Positions 1 through 12,108 of a stretch of DNA of 64,000 bases are shown piece by piece. Origin of the DNA: Dimorphilus gyrociliatus (lineage: Eukaryota; Animalia; Annelida); the NCBI GenBank assembly GCA_904063045.1, contig CAJFCJ010000003.1:1426001-1490000 (forward strand), written 5' to 3'. The notes beneath the pieces are model-generated. The model ran no database searches, was not told where the DNA came from, and was given only the letters and a program-made list of their open reading frames with translations. A program made the translations under genes and the position numbers. Within the stretch, counting starts at the first letter, position 1. Every line of letters begins with the position of its first letter.

Positions 1-1
1 T

Positions 2-1672
2 AAAGAAGAAGAGGAAAAAGACGAGAAAGAATGTGAAGAAGTTAGTACTGATGAGCCAATCGGTGAGATAACAACGCATGTTGACGGTACGCCTATTGTT
101 GACGGTCTAAGCGGATGTTTGAAAACCGCAAAGCCGAAGCTAGTAGTATTTAAAGATATAGAACCTTCAAAAAAGAATACGAAGAAAAAGGCTCTAACTT
201 GGGAACAATATAGGGCAAAAAAACAAAAGTCAGGCAGTCAGGTTGAAAATAACAATGGTGAAGACGATAAGAAGTCAGGTGGCAGTCGTCTTGAGACTGA
301 AGTGAAAGAAGAACAGGCAGCCAGTTTAGATTCAGACTTGGAGCCAGGTGAAATTATATGTGATATAACTAGTTCAATGAACGAAGACGTAAATATGGAT
401 AAAGTTGAAAAAGTTATTGATAATGACAAAACAGAATCAAATATTTCGAACGATGATAAAACTCGAATTTCCTTAGGAGAGAATGAGGACGAAGCAACTG
501 ATGAAGTTGAGTCTCTTGTTAGGTGCTATGATCGTTTACAGGAATCTGAGACCTCGACTACAAACGAAGATGCAAGCAATAAACAAGCACATAATAATTC
601 AGGAAGTGTTTTCAACAAAGTTGAAATTTCGTTTATTGACAAAAAATCATCAGAAAAGAAACATTCTTCTCTAATATTTTCTAAAAGGGATTCTAGCCCA
701 ATATCAACAGACTTGCATAATAAACTGCCCGCCTATCATTCCGATTTCAGCAATAGCACTAAATTTGATGAAGATGACTTAAATGATTCTTATTCTTTCT
801 CGAGATCTTGTTCATCAGAGAGTGAATCTTCCTATAGCTCTTCCTCCGATTCGTCTTCGGAAGACGAAAGAGATCGCGAAAGGCGATATAGAAGACGAAG
901 GAAAAGCAGCTACAGCTTTTCATCCGGATCTTCCGGTTCTTGGTCTAGAAGTAGATCTCAGTCTCCAGATATTGACAAATGGCAAAGCTCTGTTCAGGAA
1001 GAAAGACGCCGTAAAAAGCAGGATCAAATTGTTCGTCTAAGCTTTTAAAGCTTATATTTAAAATTTTATTAATATTTCATTTTTACTTTAAGGAACAAAG
1101 ACGGATAGTCTACGTTGGACGATTGCCAGACAGCATAACGAAGAGAATCTTACGTGAAAATTTTGAGCAATTCGGAAAGATCGAATGCTGTAGTCTACAT
1201 ATGAGAGAGTGCGGGTAATGCTTTTTATATTTTCCTTGTACCATAATTAATTATTAATTCTATATCATTTCAAATAGGGATAACTACGGCTTTGTAACTT
1301 TCGTTTCAAAGGAAGATGCTTTTACAGCAATAGAACGTTAGTCAATTAAAGATAAATTAAGAATCATATAATTAATTATACTATAAAATTGTGACAGGAG
1401 GAAATCAATGTAAAGGAATGGAAAAATATGATTTATGTTTTGGTGGTAGACGACAGTTTTGTGGTTCTCAATATGCTGATTTAGGTAATTTTTCACACAA
1501 ACTCCCTTACTCTCCCCTAAAGTAAATTATTCTTTATTTATTATTAGACGGTGATAAAGAGGAAGAAGAAGAATTGGCAACTGGTGTTCCTGAATACAGA
1601 GGCCCTGTAAGTGCAGAGTCAGAATTCGATGCCTTACTACAACAAGCTCTGGCTAGAACTCGGAGGAAATAG
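2..1672 (+). CDS. PPRC1: PGC-1 family transcriptional coactivator (PPRC1/PPARGC1/spargel-like), 3' part; 5' end lies outside the window
   Basis: Frame open from base 2. Long acidic/Ser-rich exon with RS tract ends at 1030 (GT at 1031). Exons from 1093 give EQRRIVYVGRLPD..FEQFGKIECC, DNYGFVTF..DAFTAIE, YDLCFGGRRQFCGSQYADLD and EFDALLQQA..RRK* (TAG 1670-1672). This matches the PGC-1 C-terminal RRM and tail. Confidence 0.9.
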
Positions 1673-1991
1673 TCAAGTTACATTTATTTACCCATAGTAC
1701 ACAAAAATGTACTAAACATAAATGGGAATTCAGGTTCTTTAACAAATAAACTATTCATTTTTTTGCTATCTGAATAAAAGGATATTTTGGATCGATAATA
1801 AAAAGAATCAATGTTTGTTACTATAAATTGTTTTGATATTGTGTTATCTTGTCTAGCCTTGACTTATAAAAAGCGTAAAAAAACATTATTTATTCTTGAA
1901 ACTAGGTTAATTAATTTAGGGATCAAGTTAACATTTTATTTATTTTTCTAAATAGCAACATCACTAGGGAAATAAGTTCTTAATTTATTGT

Positions 1992-2775
1992 TTATAGTCG
2001 TTTTATTAACCTCTTCGAATGAGACGATTGCAAGCTGTGTAAAGCTTCTTCCAGTTTTGCAGTTAGTCGAATTAAATTTGAAGGATCTGTTTGTAAAATC
2101 CTCTCTTCTTCAACACCATTATGATTGAGATAGAATTTCAGTAGAATGACAGGTTGAACTTGTTTTCGTAGAGATCTAGAAGCTATTTCAATATCGAAGC
2201 GCCATTCCAGTTTACTATAGGCTGGAATACTTGGTATTAATTCAGTTAACTGAGCATGAATTGATGCATATTTTGATTTGTACAATTCAAGCAAATGTTC
2301 TTTAGTTTTTTCTGATAAATTTAATGGAATTAAAGTCTCTAGAAATTCTTTTTCTTGAAGCTGTATTTGTTATTAATCATTAAAAGTTGACAAGTATTGA
2401 ATCATTAACCGGCTTACATTATATTTTGAACATTTTGCAAAGAGGTACATAAGTCCCTCAACTGCATGTTTTACTATTTCCGGATCAACCCCGAGTTTTT
2501 CTGAAAAGTGTATTAAAACAGATTAATATTTGACAAATAGATTTACATCTGGACAGGCTTTATTAAAAATCAACTTACGTGCAGCAGTTGAGTAAACTTT
2601 CTTATTTACTCCTCTTCCAATAAATTCAATGGATATCATACAAAAATCTTCCAAAGCTAAATTAAGATATTAACAAAATTATAAATTATGTGAATAAGAA
2701 AAATAAACCTGATTGATCAAGATTCTCTAAAAAGGATAGATGCTCCTTGTGTTTATCATCTAGCGATATAGCCAT
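1992..2775 (-). CDS. COMMD2: COMM domain-containing protein 2, multi-exon
   Basis: First exon MAISLDDKHKEHLSFL (ATG 2775). Last exon contains the COMM domain LEWRFDIEIASRSLRKQVQP..LQTDPSNL, which matches COMMD2. Confidence 0.93.
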
Positions 2776-2918
2776 GTTTTTCTACAAAGAGTCCACCCCT
2801 TGTGAGCGATAAAATATATAGTTAGTAGGACACCGCAGTGTATGTATATACTGGAAACAAAGTTTAGACGGGAACAACAAAATACATTTCAGAGCGAAGG
2901 TATTAAATATCTTGAAAA

Positions 2919-4784
2919 ATGACTACTGACTCCCAGTCCCTCAGCTTGGAATTAACAACTGCTCAAACAAGTTATCAATGTACATTATTTGGAGGAAATC
3001 AACACAAATGTGTAAGTTGATTTTATACAATTTAAAATATAAATATTAATAATTAGTAATATTAATAAATTATGTTGTAATAAGAAATAAAGTTTATTAC
3101 CTACATTAGCAAAGATTATTAAATTACAATTGCATATATTTCTTATATATATATATTTTAAATAAACACAATATTTTACAGAACACTGTAATTGGTATAA
3201 AAAAGGCGACAGCACTACTATCCCTGTTAGGAAGGTATGAGTAATGTAGATTATCTCTATACGAATACATGCGAATATATTGTTTTGCTTTTTTTCAGTA
3301 TCTTTGTAATATGTACAATAATCCTCTTTGGATATTATAAAGTATTTGTCCAACGTTTACTTCTCTATCTTAGTATATCTGGTGTTTTGTTATCAATATC
3401 GTATCTTGTGGTAAGTAGAGAAAAGAAACGAGTTTAAAAGAAATTATATTAAATTATAAATATAAAAAAAATCAGGGTGGTATGTATCCGGAAGGTAATC
3501 TTTGTAATTTTCAAGCTTGGATGATGACTTGCTTCGGTAACTATAGATATTTTGATGTTTGAAAACTTAAATTTTACACATTCTATCATTAAATTATTCA
3601 GAATGGTCAGTTCTCCTCTGGGTTTGCTTAATAACTTTGATATTATACAAGACAGTAGTTTCATTGACTTCCATGGAGAAATGGGAATTGTTAGTAGTAT
3701 TTACTTTTTCGATTTATTTATTTCCGTAAAATATAACTATAAGACTAATTGTGTTCAAACTTTTAAGGTTATTTTGCTGTATTGGTTGGATATTTCCTTT
3801 TGTTATTGCTTGTATTCCACTAATAGCAAAAGCTTATGGTCAAGCTGGAATTTGGTGGTCGGTATATTTATATTTATTAAACAATAACTGATAAGATTTA
3901 TTACTTATTGTCGATGTATATTAAAATCTTATTACAAGATAATTTCTTTTTATACAGTTGGATAGCTAATGATAAAGTTGTTTGGAGATTCACAATGTAA
4001 AGATAAAGATAATTGTTTAATTTATTAAATAAATTTTTATCTAATTTTAACTATCTCTTCCTTTCAGTTGGTATATTCCATTGTTTCTAATAATAGTGTT
4101 CCTCTTCCTGATCTATGGATATATATATTATAGTGTCTCTAGACAAGTAAGTAAGAATTTATCTTTATATCAGAAATAAACTATATTTAATCATATTTAG
4201 AACAAAACATGGGAAGGTACCTATGATCCTGATGCCGAGAGGAGAAAGGTAAGTAATATAGCGATCAAATCGGTTTTTTATATTTATTAATTAATTCCTT
4301 TTTATTTTTTTAATTATAGAAATTCTTAAAAGACGAAGTGAAACCACTAATGGCCTATCCATTTATATATCTAGTACTATCCATTTTTCCTTTGATTAAC
4401 AGGTAACACTATTGTCTCTTTTCAGACTATTTTTAAACACAAAATTTCTATTTTAATCCCTATCATTTATAGAATTCAGAATGCAATCAGCAACGAACCA
4501 GTGTTTGCTCTAATGGTTTTAACTTCCTTAACATCTCCTTTGTATGGAGCTATTTATGCAGTTGTCTTTGGGGTAACTGACGACCTAAGAAAAAGACTAA
4601 CTTGGTCAGGAATTAAGGTAATTAAGCCAATTTTTTTGCATTTAAAAAAATATTAATATTTGTATTCCTTGTCTGTTTGTTGTTATAGACTGCATTTTAC
4701 ACTCAATGCTGTATGAAGAGGGGCGAGCATTTAATTCGAGAGTACCCTAGCGGCCTAGAACAGTCTGATAATCCAACCTCCTGA
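2919..4784 (+). CDS. 7TM GPCR of the cAMP-receptor-like (Dicty_CAR / GPR157-related) family, about 12 short exons
   Basis: Manual splicing gives ..KKATALLSLLG, FGYYKVFVQRLLLYLSIS, LCNFQAWMM, IGWIFPFVIACIP..AYGQAGIWCWI, WYIPL and EVKPLMAYPFIYLV..PLINRIQN, with stop TGA at 4782-4784. The start codon at 2919 is inferred. Confidence 0.8.
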
Positions 4785-5400
4785 CTATTGGAAAGTATTG
4801 AATGAACGTCTTCGAAAACAATCCATCTTCAGATGTACTCACACATTCGTTAATGTTAACAATATAAATATTCAGGCTAAAATTCATCGGAAGGAAAAGA
4901 TAATGTACTTTCAAGGAATTATTAATATTTTGTTTCCTTTCTGAGAAATTATTACAATGTTATATTTTTAAAAAATCATTGAAATTTAAAGATGTTAAAA
5001 TTTAAAGTTTATTTTAATTGATTTTCTTTTTCTCTTTTGCTCAGAGTTTGCCATTTCTATAGGATTTTTTTTTCATACAAAACGGAGATAAAAGAGAGAA
5101 ATGAAAAAAGTCTTTGAAGTTTATTCTTTCTTTCTTTCTTCTAAAATATAAATAAAGAAATGGAATGTTTATAAAATTTCATTGTATAATAGGAATTATT
5201 ATTAATAAATATGTAAAATATGGTACAATTATTGCCTTCTCAATCTGTTTAAGAAATCTGATATAAAAAATCGTTTTTATTGCAAACTTAATCACGTGCT
5301 AGACACGTTTGTCATGTGATTGAAACGTGCCTACTATGGAAAACAAACAACGTTGCAACCAAACCTTTCCTTCTTCTCCAATTTCTCATTCTGCTCTGTA

Positions 5401-6656
5401 ATGGCCGAATCGAATTTACTATTCGGTAAATATTACTTTTATGTAGCGTTCAAAGATTTCTGAATGTTTAGTTTGTACAAAAAGACTTACAACCATCAAA
5501 GAAAACAAGAAGAGATACTACTCAAGATTTAATGGATAATTTAAAAATTGTGAGTTGACTAATGTTACTAGTTTACCGTAATTTTCTATGATTTAACCGC
5601 GATTTAAGCCTACAAGATCAGAATCTAAAGGAAATTCAGCGTCAATAGCAGAAAATTACAAATATAACGATGTATGAGGAATACTTTCATTTAAATTTAA
5701 CAAATTTAAATATATTATTCAAATATTCTTGAATAGAATAGTGACAAGAGCGATAATGAAAATATTGAATTAACAAGCAACGCTGATGGAGATAAGGTAA
5801 GGACCAATTTTTTTTCAATAAAAATTATTTATTCTTTTGTAGTCGGAAGATGTTTTACGCGTCGAAGATTTACCTTTGGATGGTATGATATTTCATCTTT
5901 GTACTTAGCATATATTTAACATATTACTAGAAGAGTAAACGATTTATTTATTCTCTTTTCTGAACGTTCAAAGGAAAGCTTTGTTTCCTTGTTGGTGCTG
6001 TATCCGCTATTGAAAAACGTCAGCGGAAAATACTAAAATATATAAGACAGCAGAACGGATTTATAGAAAAATTGTCTAAGCAGCAGATTAATATACAACT
6101 TAATGGATTATTAAATAATTCACATATACCATCCATTCAACCAAATGAAGCTTCTTCTAAAACTGAACTAGATTCTAATTATGAATGTTTTGACTACAAA
6201 AAAGCCGATAAAAAAGAAGAAGTTGATCTTTTAGATAAGAGATTATCCATTGACAAACTATTTAAGAGTAAACTGGTAAATAGAATAAACGAAAAAGTAT
6301 GAAGAAGTAAATTTTTATTTGAAACTCTTCCGCAGAGGGAATATTTAGCGAGGCAGGGAGGAAATGAGGCCAGGCATATTGTTTATAGAGTTATGAAAGC
6401 AATAGGAAACAAATCGGCTTGGTGTCAGTTCAACTGGGAAGGCTCTAGAGGAATAAAGAAAGGGATAAAATCTTTACCATCTCTTTTGAAAGTTATAGAA
6501 GGTATATATAAAAATTTAAAAGTGAATCATTTGATTTTGCCTATTTTTGCAGATGCTAGTCTAGAATCGGGAAACAATGCGAAACCAAAGCAATATTTAA
6601 CAATTGAAGAAATAGAAGGGTACATCAAGCAATTTCTCAGGTTTAAGACTCGCTAA
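5401..6656 (+). CDS. Multi-exon gene with a coiled coil and a C-terminal DUF4806/BEN-like domain; start uncertain (5401 or about 5532)
   Basis: Phase-compatible GT-AG exons join into ..AIEKRQRKILKYIRQQ.., KEEVDLLDKRLSIDKLF, REYLARQGGNEARHIVYRVMKAIGNKSAWCQFNWEGSRGIKKGI and IEGYIKQFLRFKTR*. The GG..V.R.M..YNW.G..K pattern resembles DUF4806. Exon 1 to exon 2 phase is unresolved. Confidence 0.6.
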
Positions 6657-7112
6657 GTAGTACATTATGTTGTTAGATGAAATAATAGGATTTATATTCA
6701 AGGCAACTTCCTTTCTGTCATAATCCTTTAAAGACATCTTAGCTACTTAGTTATTTTTAGACTAAATGCAAATTTCGTTAAGTAATCATAAATATTTCTC
6801 AGTCAAATAAAGATTATTTATATCTAATTAAAATGATGTGGCCAAAGAGCATTAAATATATATTTTAAGAGATTCATAACAAAATTCATATAGAATAAAT
6901 AATTCGAGCAAACAAAAAACGAAAATCATCCTCCAATCAAAAATTATCATTTGTAGAGTTTCAGAATTAATAAAACATATATAGTAGGCTATGCCCTAAC
7001 CCATATTTATTTTAAAAATATATAAAATTGGTACAAAAATAAATAAATGACTAAAAAATTTAAAGTATGTCTCGTAAGCAGATTCGAATTTTTCTATTTA
7101 AACTATTTCTCT

Positions 7113-9851
7113 CTATAGTATTGTGTTGATAGAATCTTCTTCTATATTATTTCCTAGATTATCTCTCCCTTTTTCTATATAGGATATCTCTTCGACTTTA
7201 TTAATATCTTCAGTTTTGGTTAATTTGGATCGAATTTCATAAGATGTGACTAGAATACAAGGTAAAAATAAAAGCCCATGCATTAAACCAAAGGACATAA
7301 CTAAGAGCATTGTCTTGAAAAAGGCTCTAAATATATAGATATTTGCCGCTGATAAGGCAGTCAAACCCAAAATTGTTGAAATTCCTCCCAACAAAACTGG
7401 ATAGCCTACTTTTTCAAAGGTTTCTTTACATTTCTCAAAGCCAGTTCGAGATGTGCTTTTGACAAAGGCGTAACATATATGGGCGCTGAAATCAACGCAA
7501 AATCCAATACTAATGACCAGGTTAATCATCGATATTGTATCAATATTGACATTCCACAGAGACATAAATCCAATTACTCCAGCAGATATGGAAATAATCG
7601 ATAAAGTAACGCTCAATACACTAAAGAAATTTGGTATAAAAATAATAGCAATAATGAGAATTGCTAGTGTAGCTATTCCAATATTGGTTAGAGTGTTGGG
7701 TAAAACCTGAAGATACTGATCAACAAAGATAAACATGGGTGCAAAGGTTAAAGCATCCAGTTTACTATCTTTAACAACATCTCTTGCCTTTTCTGCAGCA
7801 GTTGTTAACTTGTTAGTACCAACAGTTCTATTCTGAAAGATGTAGAATCTTGACGATCGAATACTCTTTCCGTCTTCGTTAAATAGAATATCTCTAGCAT
7901 AATTTGAATACTCAGGTACTTTTAGGAAATAATCTTTCACCGTATTGCAAAATTCTTCTTCCGTTCCAATGGGCTGATTATTATTCGCTTTAAATTTTTC
8001 AAAGTCCAATAACCAATCGTAACCGAGATAAGTGGAATGATAATATTGGGAGTTTTTGATATTATCTCTGACAGAGTTAATAAGGTGTATATTTTCCTGT
8101 TTGGAATAATCTAAACGACTTTTTATAACTATAGCTACTGGATTGGTATAATCTTGAAAATAAGCGTCCCTTTCTTCATAATACGGTGAAACGTAGGAGT
8201 CATCTGGTGCCAATTTTTTTAATTCAAGACCCGACTTTATCTTTGTACAGCCATAAATAGTAACACCTAGATATGCCAAATATAATAGGCCAATCATTAT
8301 ACGAGACCATGGTTTAAGGAAAACGAGAGAAAAGTATTCCTTAAAGAAATATGTTGGTAAATGGATTGGTTTCTCAACATCTTTCTTACAGTCACTTCTA
8401 TCAATACCGCCCACACAAAATACTTTATAAATACTTGATCTCTCTTCGCTAGTAGCTTTAGTCTTTGTCGGAACTTTCATAAATGTGAAACAATGGCGAT
8501 TTGAATGCTCTCTCTTTCCGAAATAAACCATAAGACCACCAAAGAACGATATCTGTTGAAAATGAATGAAAAAAATGTTGAAATCTCATTTCAGTTTTTC
8601 AAGGAAATAAATGAAAGAAATGATATCTACCTGATAAACATAATTAATGAAAAGCATCAATGATAGAGTTCCACAAAATATTCTTACACTTGGAAATGAA
8701 GTGATAGCACCGATACCAACCGCAAGAACGTCTGTAATAGTTGTAATAGTAATTGCTACAGCAGCCTCTCCGTAACTTTCTTCCATTTTTTCAGCAACTG
8801 AAAGCGTTGGCTTTGCTGATCGCCAAGCAGCAACTAACACAAACATATTGTCACAACCAATACTTACAGCCAAAAAAGGACAAATTAATAGAATATCTAT
8901 GAAGGGTACATTAGCCCATCCCATTATTCCATAGCCAGTTATGACAGCCATAACAGCTGAAAGAATGCTCATAAAAGCCAAAATGGGTTTACTTTGTACC
9001 CAATCGCCAGGAAATATCTGAGTTATGACCGCAAAACCGATAAGTACACTGAATAAGACAACAAAAAGCTTAACAATTGCCTGAGCAGCTCTTGATAGCT
9101 CACTAGATAGACTCTTGCTACTAAATTTTTCAATAACTAAATTCTCAGCATTATATTTTCCAATTTCTTCAAGAAATTGATCAATCCAAGCGTCATGTTC
9201 ATCCGTTGAATCTTTAACACCAAAATTTAGACTCATAGCTTCGAACTCTCTGACAAGTCCATTGTTTAATTTGACTGCACCCAATGAATTAGCGATTAAA
9301 AATGAAAAGTTTGTGCCAGGCACCTTGAAAAGAGGATAATTTATATCTATTTTATTTACGTTGCTGGCATCATCATTTAATATACCCGTTAGAAAAATAT
9401 TAACATCACACGAACTACCCCTCTTCGTACAAACATCTTCGTAACTTATCGTTCTGCCGTTATATTTGAAGGAAAAATTTCTTACATAATTGTTTAAATC
9501 TATAATCTTTCTCATATATTCCTCCGTAAAAATGTTTGAGCGTTCTTTATTTCGAACTATTAACGATCCAGATGGTCCCATTTCTGTATTTCGAACAGGA
9601 TCAACATGTGTAAAATTCTCAAAGTATAAACTTTGCACAAATGCTCTATCTTTTTTAGCCTCAGAATTTTCTGGTGTGTACAGATATTCAACATCATTCC
9701 TCTTTTTAAATTTGTGAACTCCAGCTCCAAGGGCTATTGTAACTATTATTGGGGGTATAATAAACAATAAAGGCCATCTCGAGACAGTTAGTCCAACCTT
9801 TTTAGAAAGATGTGAGAGTAAAAGTTCAGGAACGCCCCAAGAACAACGCAT
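7113..9851 (-). CDS. PTCHD3: Patched domain-containing protein 3-like (RND family, sterol-sensing domain), 2 coding exons, intron 8553-8630
   Basis: Two long ORFs join at YQ|ISFFGG across a 78-bp GT-AG intron. Motifs include SRWPLLFIIPP, QSKPILA, SFPSVRIFC and SIGFCVDFSAHI, in a 12-TM layout. Confidence 0.9.
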
Positions 9852-10140
9852 TTTTGATTTCACTCTAAGGTCGATGAAAAGTATATTTTGACATATGTCT
9901 AAATGAAATTTTATATATATATATAGTATGATATCTATTTAGAGATATGTAAAAATTTACATTAAGTATTTCAACTTTAGAATTACCAAGCTCAATTACT
10001 CATTCTACGTCGGTTAATTTTATTGATTCTTAACAGAAATTGATATGGTCATGACCGATAAGAGAATGACTAAGAAACAAGCCGACTAATCAACTTTTAT
10101 ACAGACATTTGAAACTATGCACTTTATCTTTATATGACCC

Positions 10141-10395
10141 GAAACCATCCCATAGGTATATAAATTTTTTAGAATATTGTCTGAACTTTGTCCATTCTGA
10201 ACTAGTGGGTCGTATTTGTTTTGATAGAACAATCACTTACTAAACATGTAATAGAAGGCCATCGAGTGTAGATATATAAAAAAACTTTTAAGATATTATG
10301 AACTTTGTCCATTCTGAACTATTGGGTCATATTTGTTTGCGTAGAACAAGTCATTTATGACATTTCTAACAGAAAGCCATTTACATAGATATATA
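10141..10395. repeat. Diverged tandem repeat, about 117-bp period, about 2.3 copies
   Basis: Identical 23-mer TGAACTTTGTCCATTCTGAACTA at 10182 and 10299. Similarity continues (GGGTC.TATTTGTTT..TAGAACAA; GAA.GCCAT..TAGATATATA), with a partial copy from about 10141. Confidence 0.85.
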
Positions 10396-12108
10396 CTAAT
10401 ACTCGCACGTGTTGCTCAACATTCAATTTCAAAGTATCAAGTTGCCACCTACCTCCTAGACTCCATTCCCTTACTACAGAGTTTTCTTAAGTTATAGTTT
10501 ACTGTTACACTGAGACACAGCAGCAAATGTTTGCTTTCGTATCAAAAATAAGAATGGCACTATCTGGACTCGTTACAAACACGTCACATTTAAGAATCTT
10601 ACATTATCAACGTCAATAAGCCTTTGTTTAATCTAACGAATTTTCCCCATAAATCTCAGATAGTGAAAAAAGCATTTTTCTTATAATTATACAACATATG
10701 ATATAAATGTTTTATTAGTATAATGTCTTTTAGTTTGGTGGAAAAACGAATATGCCTAGTAAAGTCAAAGTCTAAGTAGAAAAAAAGTCATGTAACCCAC
10801 ATACAGCTTAGATAAGAAAAAGAAAATCTAGTTTTAATTAAGTAATATAATAAAGTAATTGAGTTTTTATTCTCTCTTCCCCTCTCCCATAATCCTTCAA
10901 TGACAATCAAGATATAATGAAACTTTCCAATTTGTAACAGAGAGATATGAGTGTTGTTGCTCTTTTATCATATTGCTAAATTGTCTTAAGAAATTAGCAA
11001 AACTTATCGAGCATTATTAAGTACAGAATGACGATGAAAGCCTAGCGTCTCTGCAGCGTATAGACGACTACGGAATATTTTATATGATATATATCAAATA
11101 AATAACGCCCGCATAATTGAAGAACTTTTTGAATTATGTGAAAGTGAAGATACTTAAAGGAGTGTCAACTTGAAAATTGCCTTTAAATTTGATTTGTAAA
11201 GGTTCAATCTAAAGCTTAAAAGTCAGAGTTTTCTATTGAATTCTTAGATATAAAGAGACAATAGATTATTAAAAATCTGTTAATAACTTCAAACAAATTA
11301 GCATTATGATTGAACTGATAAGGAAAAGTTTTTCTATCAGGCTGGTCAATATTCAATTTCTTATCATCTCTTCTAAATCATTTGTTTATTAGGAAATATG
11401 CAATAAACCGTATATTATTACCCTGTTTTTAAAATTATACTCCAAGTAATTGAAGTATAACTGTATCGTTAAAAAGTACTTTTCTCAAGTAATAACAGTA
11501 ATTAAAATTTTAGCTACTCTTCAATTTCAAATAAATTAGTTAATAGCTTTATTTTACGATTTTTTCCAGATATATTCAAGCAGTTTAAGAATTGAAATAT
11601 AATAATTAAATTATCAAATGTCTGCAATATACATATATATGGAAATGAAATTGAAAAAATATTGACGAAAAGCACAAAAAACGAATTAATACAAATTGTA
11701 CTAATTCTTTATAATCAAGATTAATAATATGTAGCTTAATTTAGGAAATATTCTTTGAAAAAGAAGCAAGCTGGTGGTATTTTAATTCAAATAAAAAATG
11801 GCGTCCCTTATTGACCAATAGCTGACGAGATCTATTTTCTAGCCGTAAAAATCTTTTTACTTGTCGACCTTATGTAGCAAAAAATGTAATTAAAAAAATA
11901 AAAGGTTTTTTAGACAATAGATTTGCAAAGAAATATTCGAAACTCAAAATAAGAAAAAAAAACGTTAAATTTCCGGACGAATATTATTGTTTCTCTGCTG
12001 TATTTCCGCTTCCGTTCCTAACAATCTTTCTCTTTAGACTTTTTAAAGTTTCTTGAATGAGTTAATCATTTTTTGATATATTTTATAATTTATAATAATT
12101 GTCAACAA

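Noticed and set aside
9852-9863. GTG/TTG starts used by the ORF track (e.g. 9863, 33682, 46922)
   Set aside because: These are artefacts of prokaryotic-style ORF calling. Gene models were set on ATG codons and splice acceptors instead.
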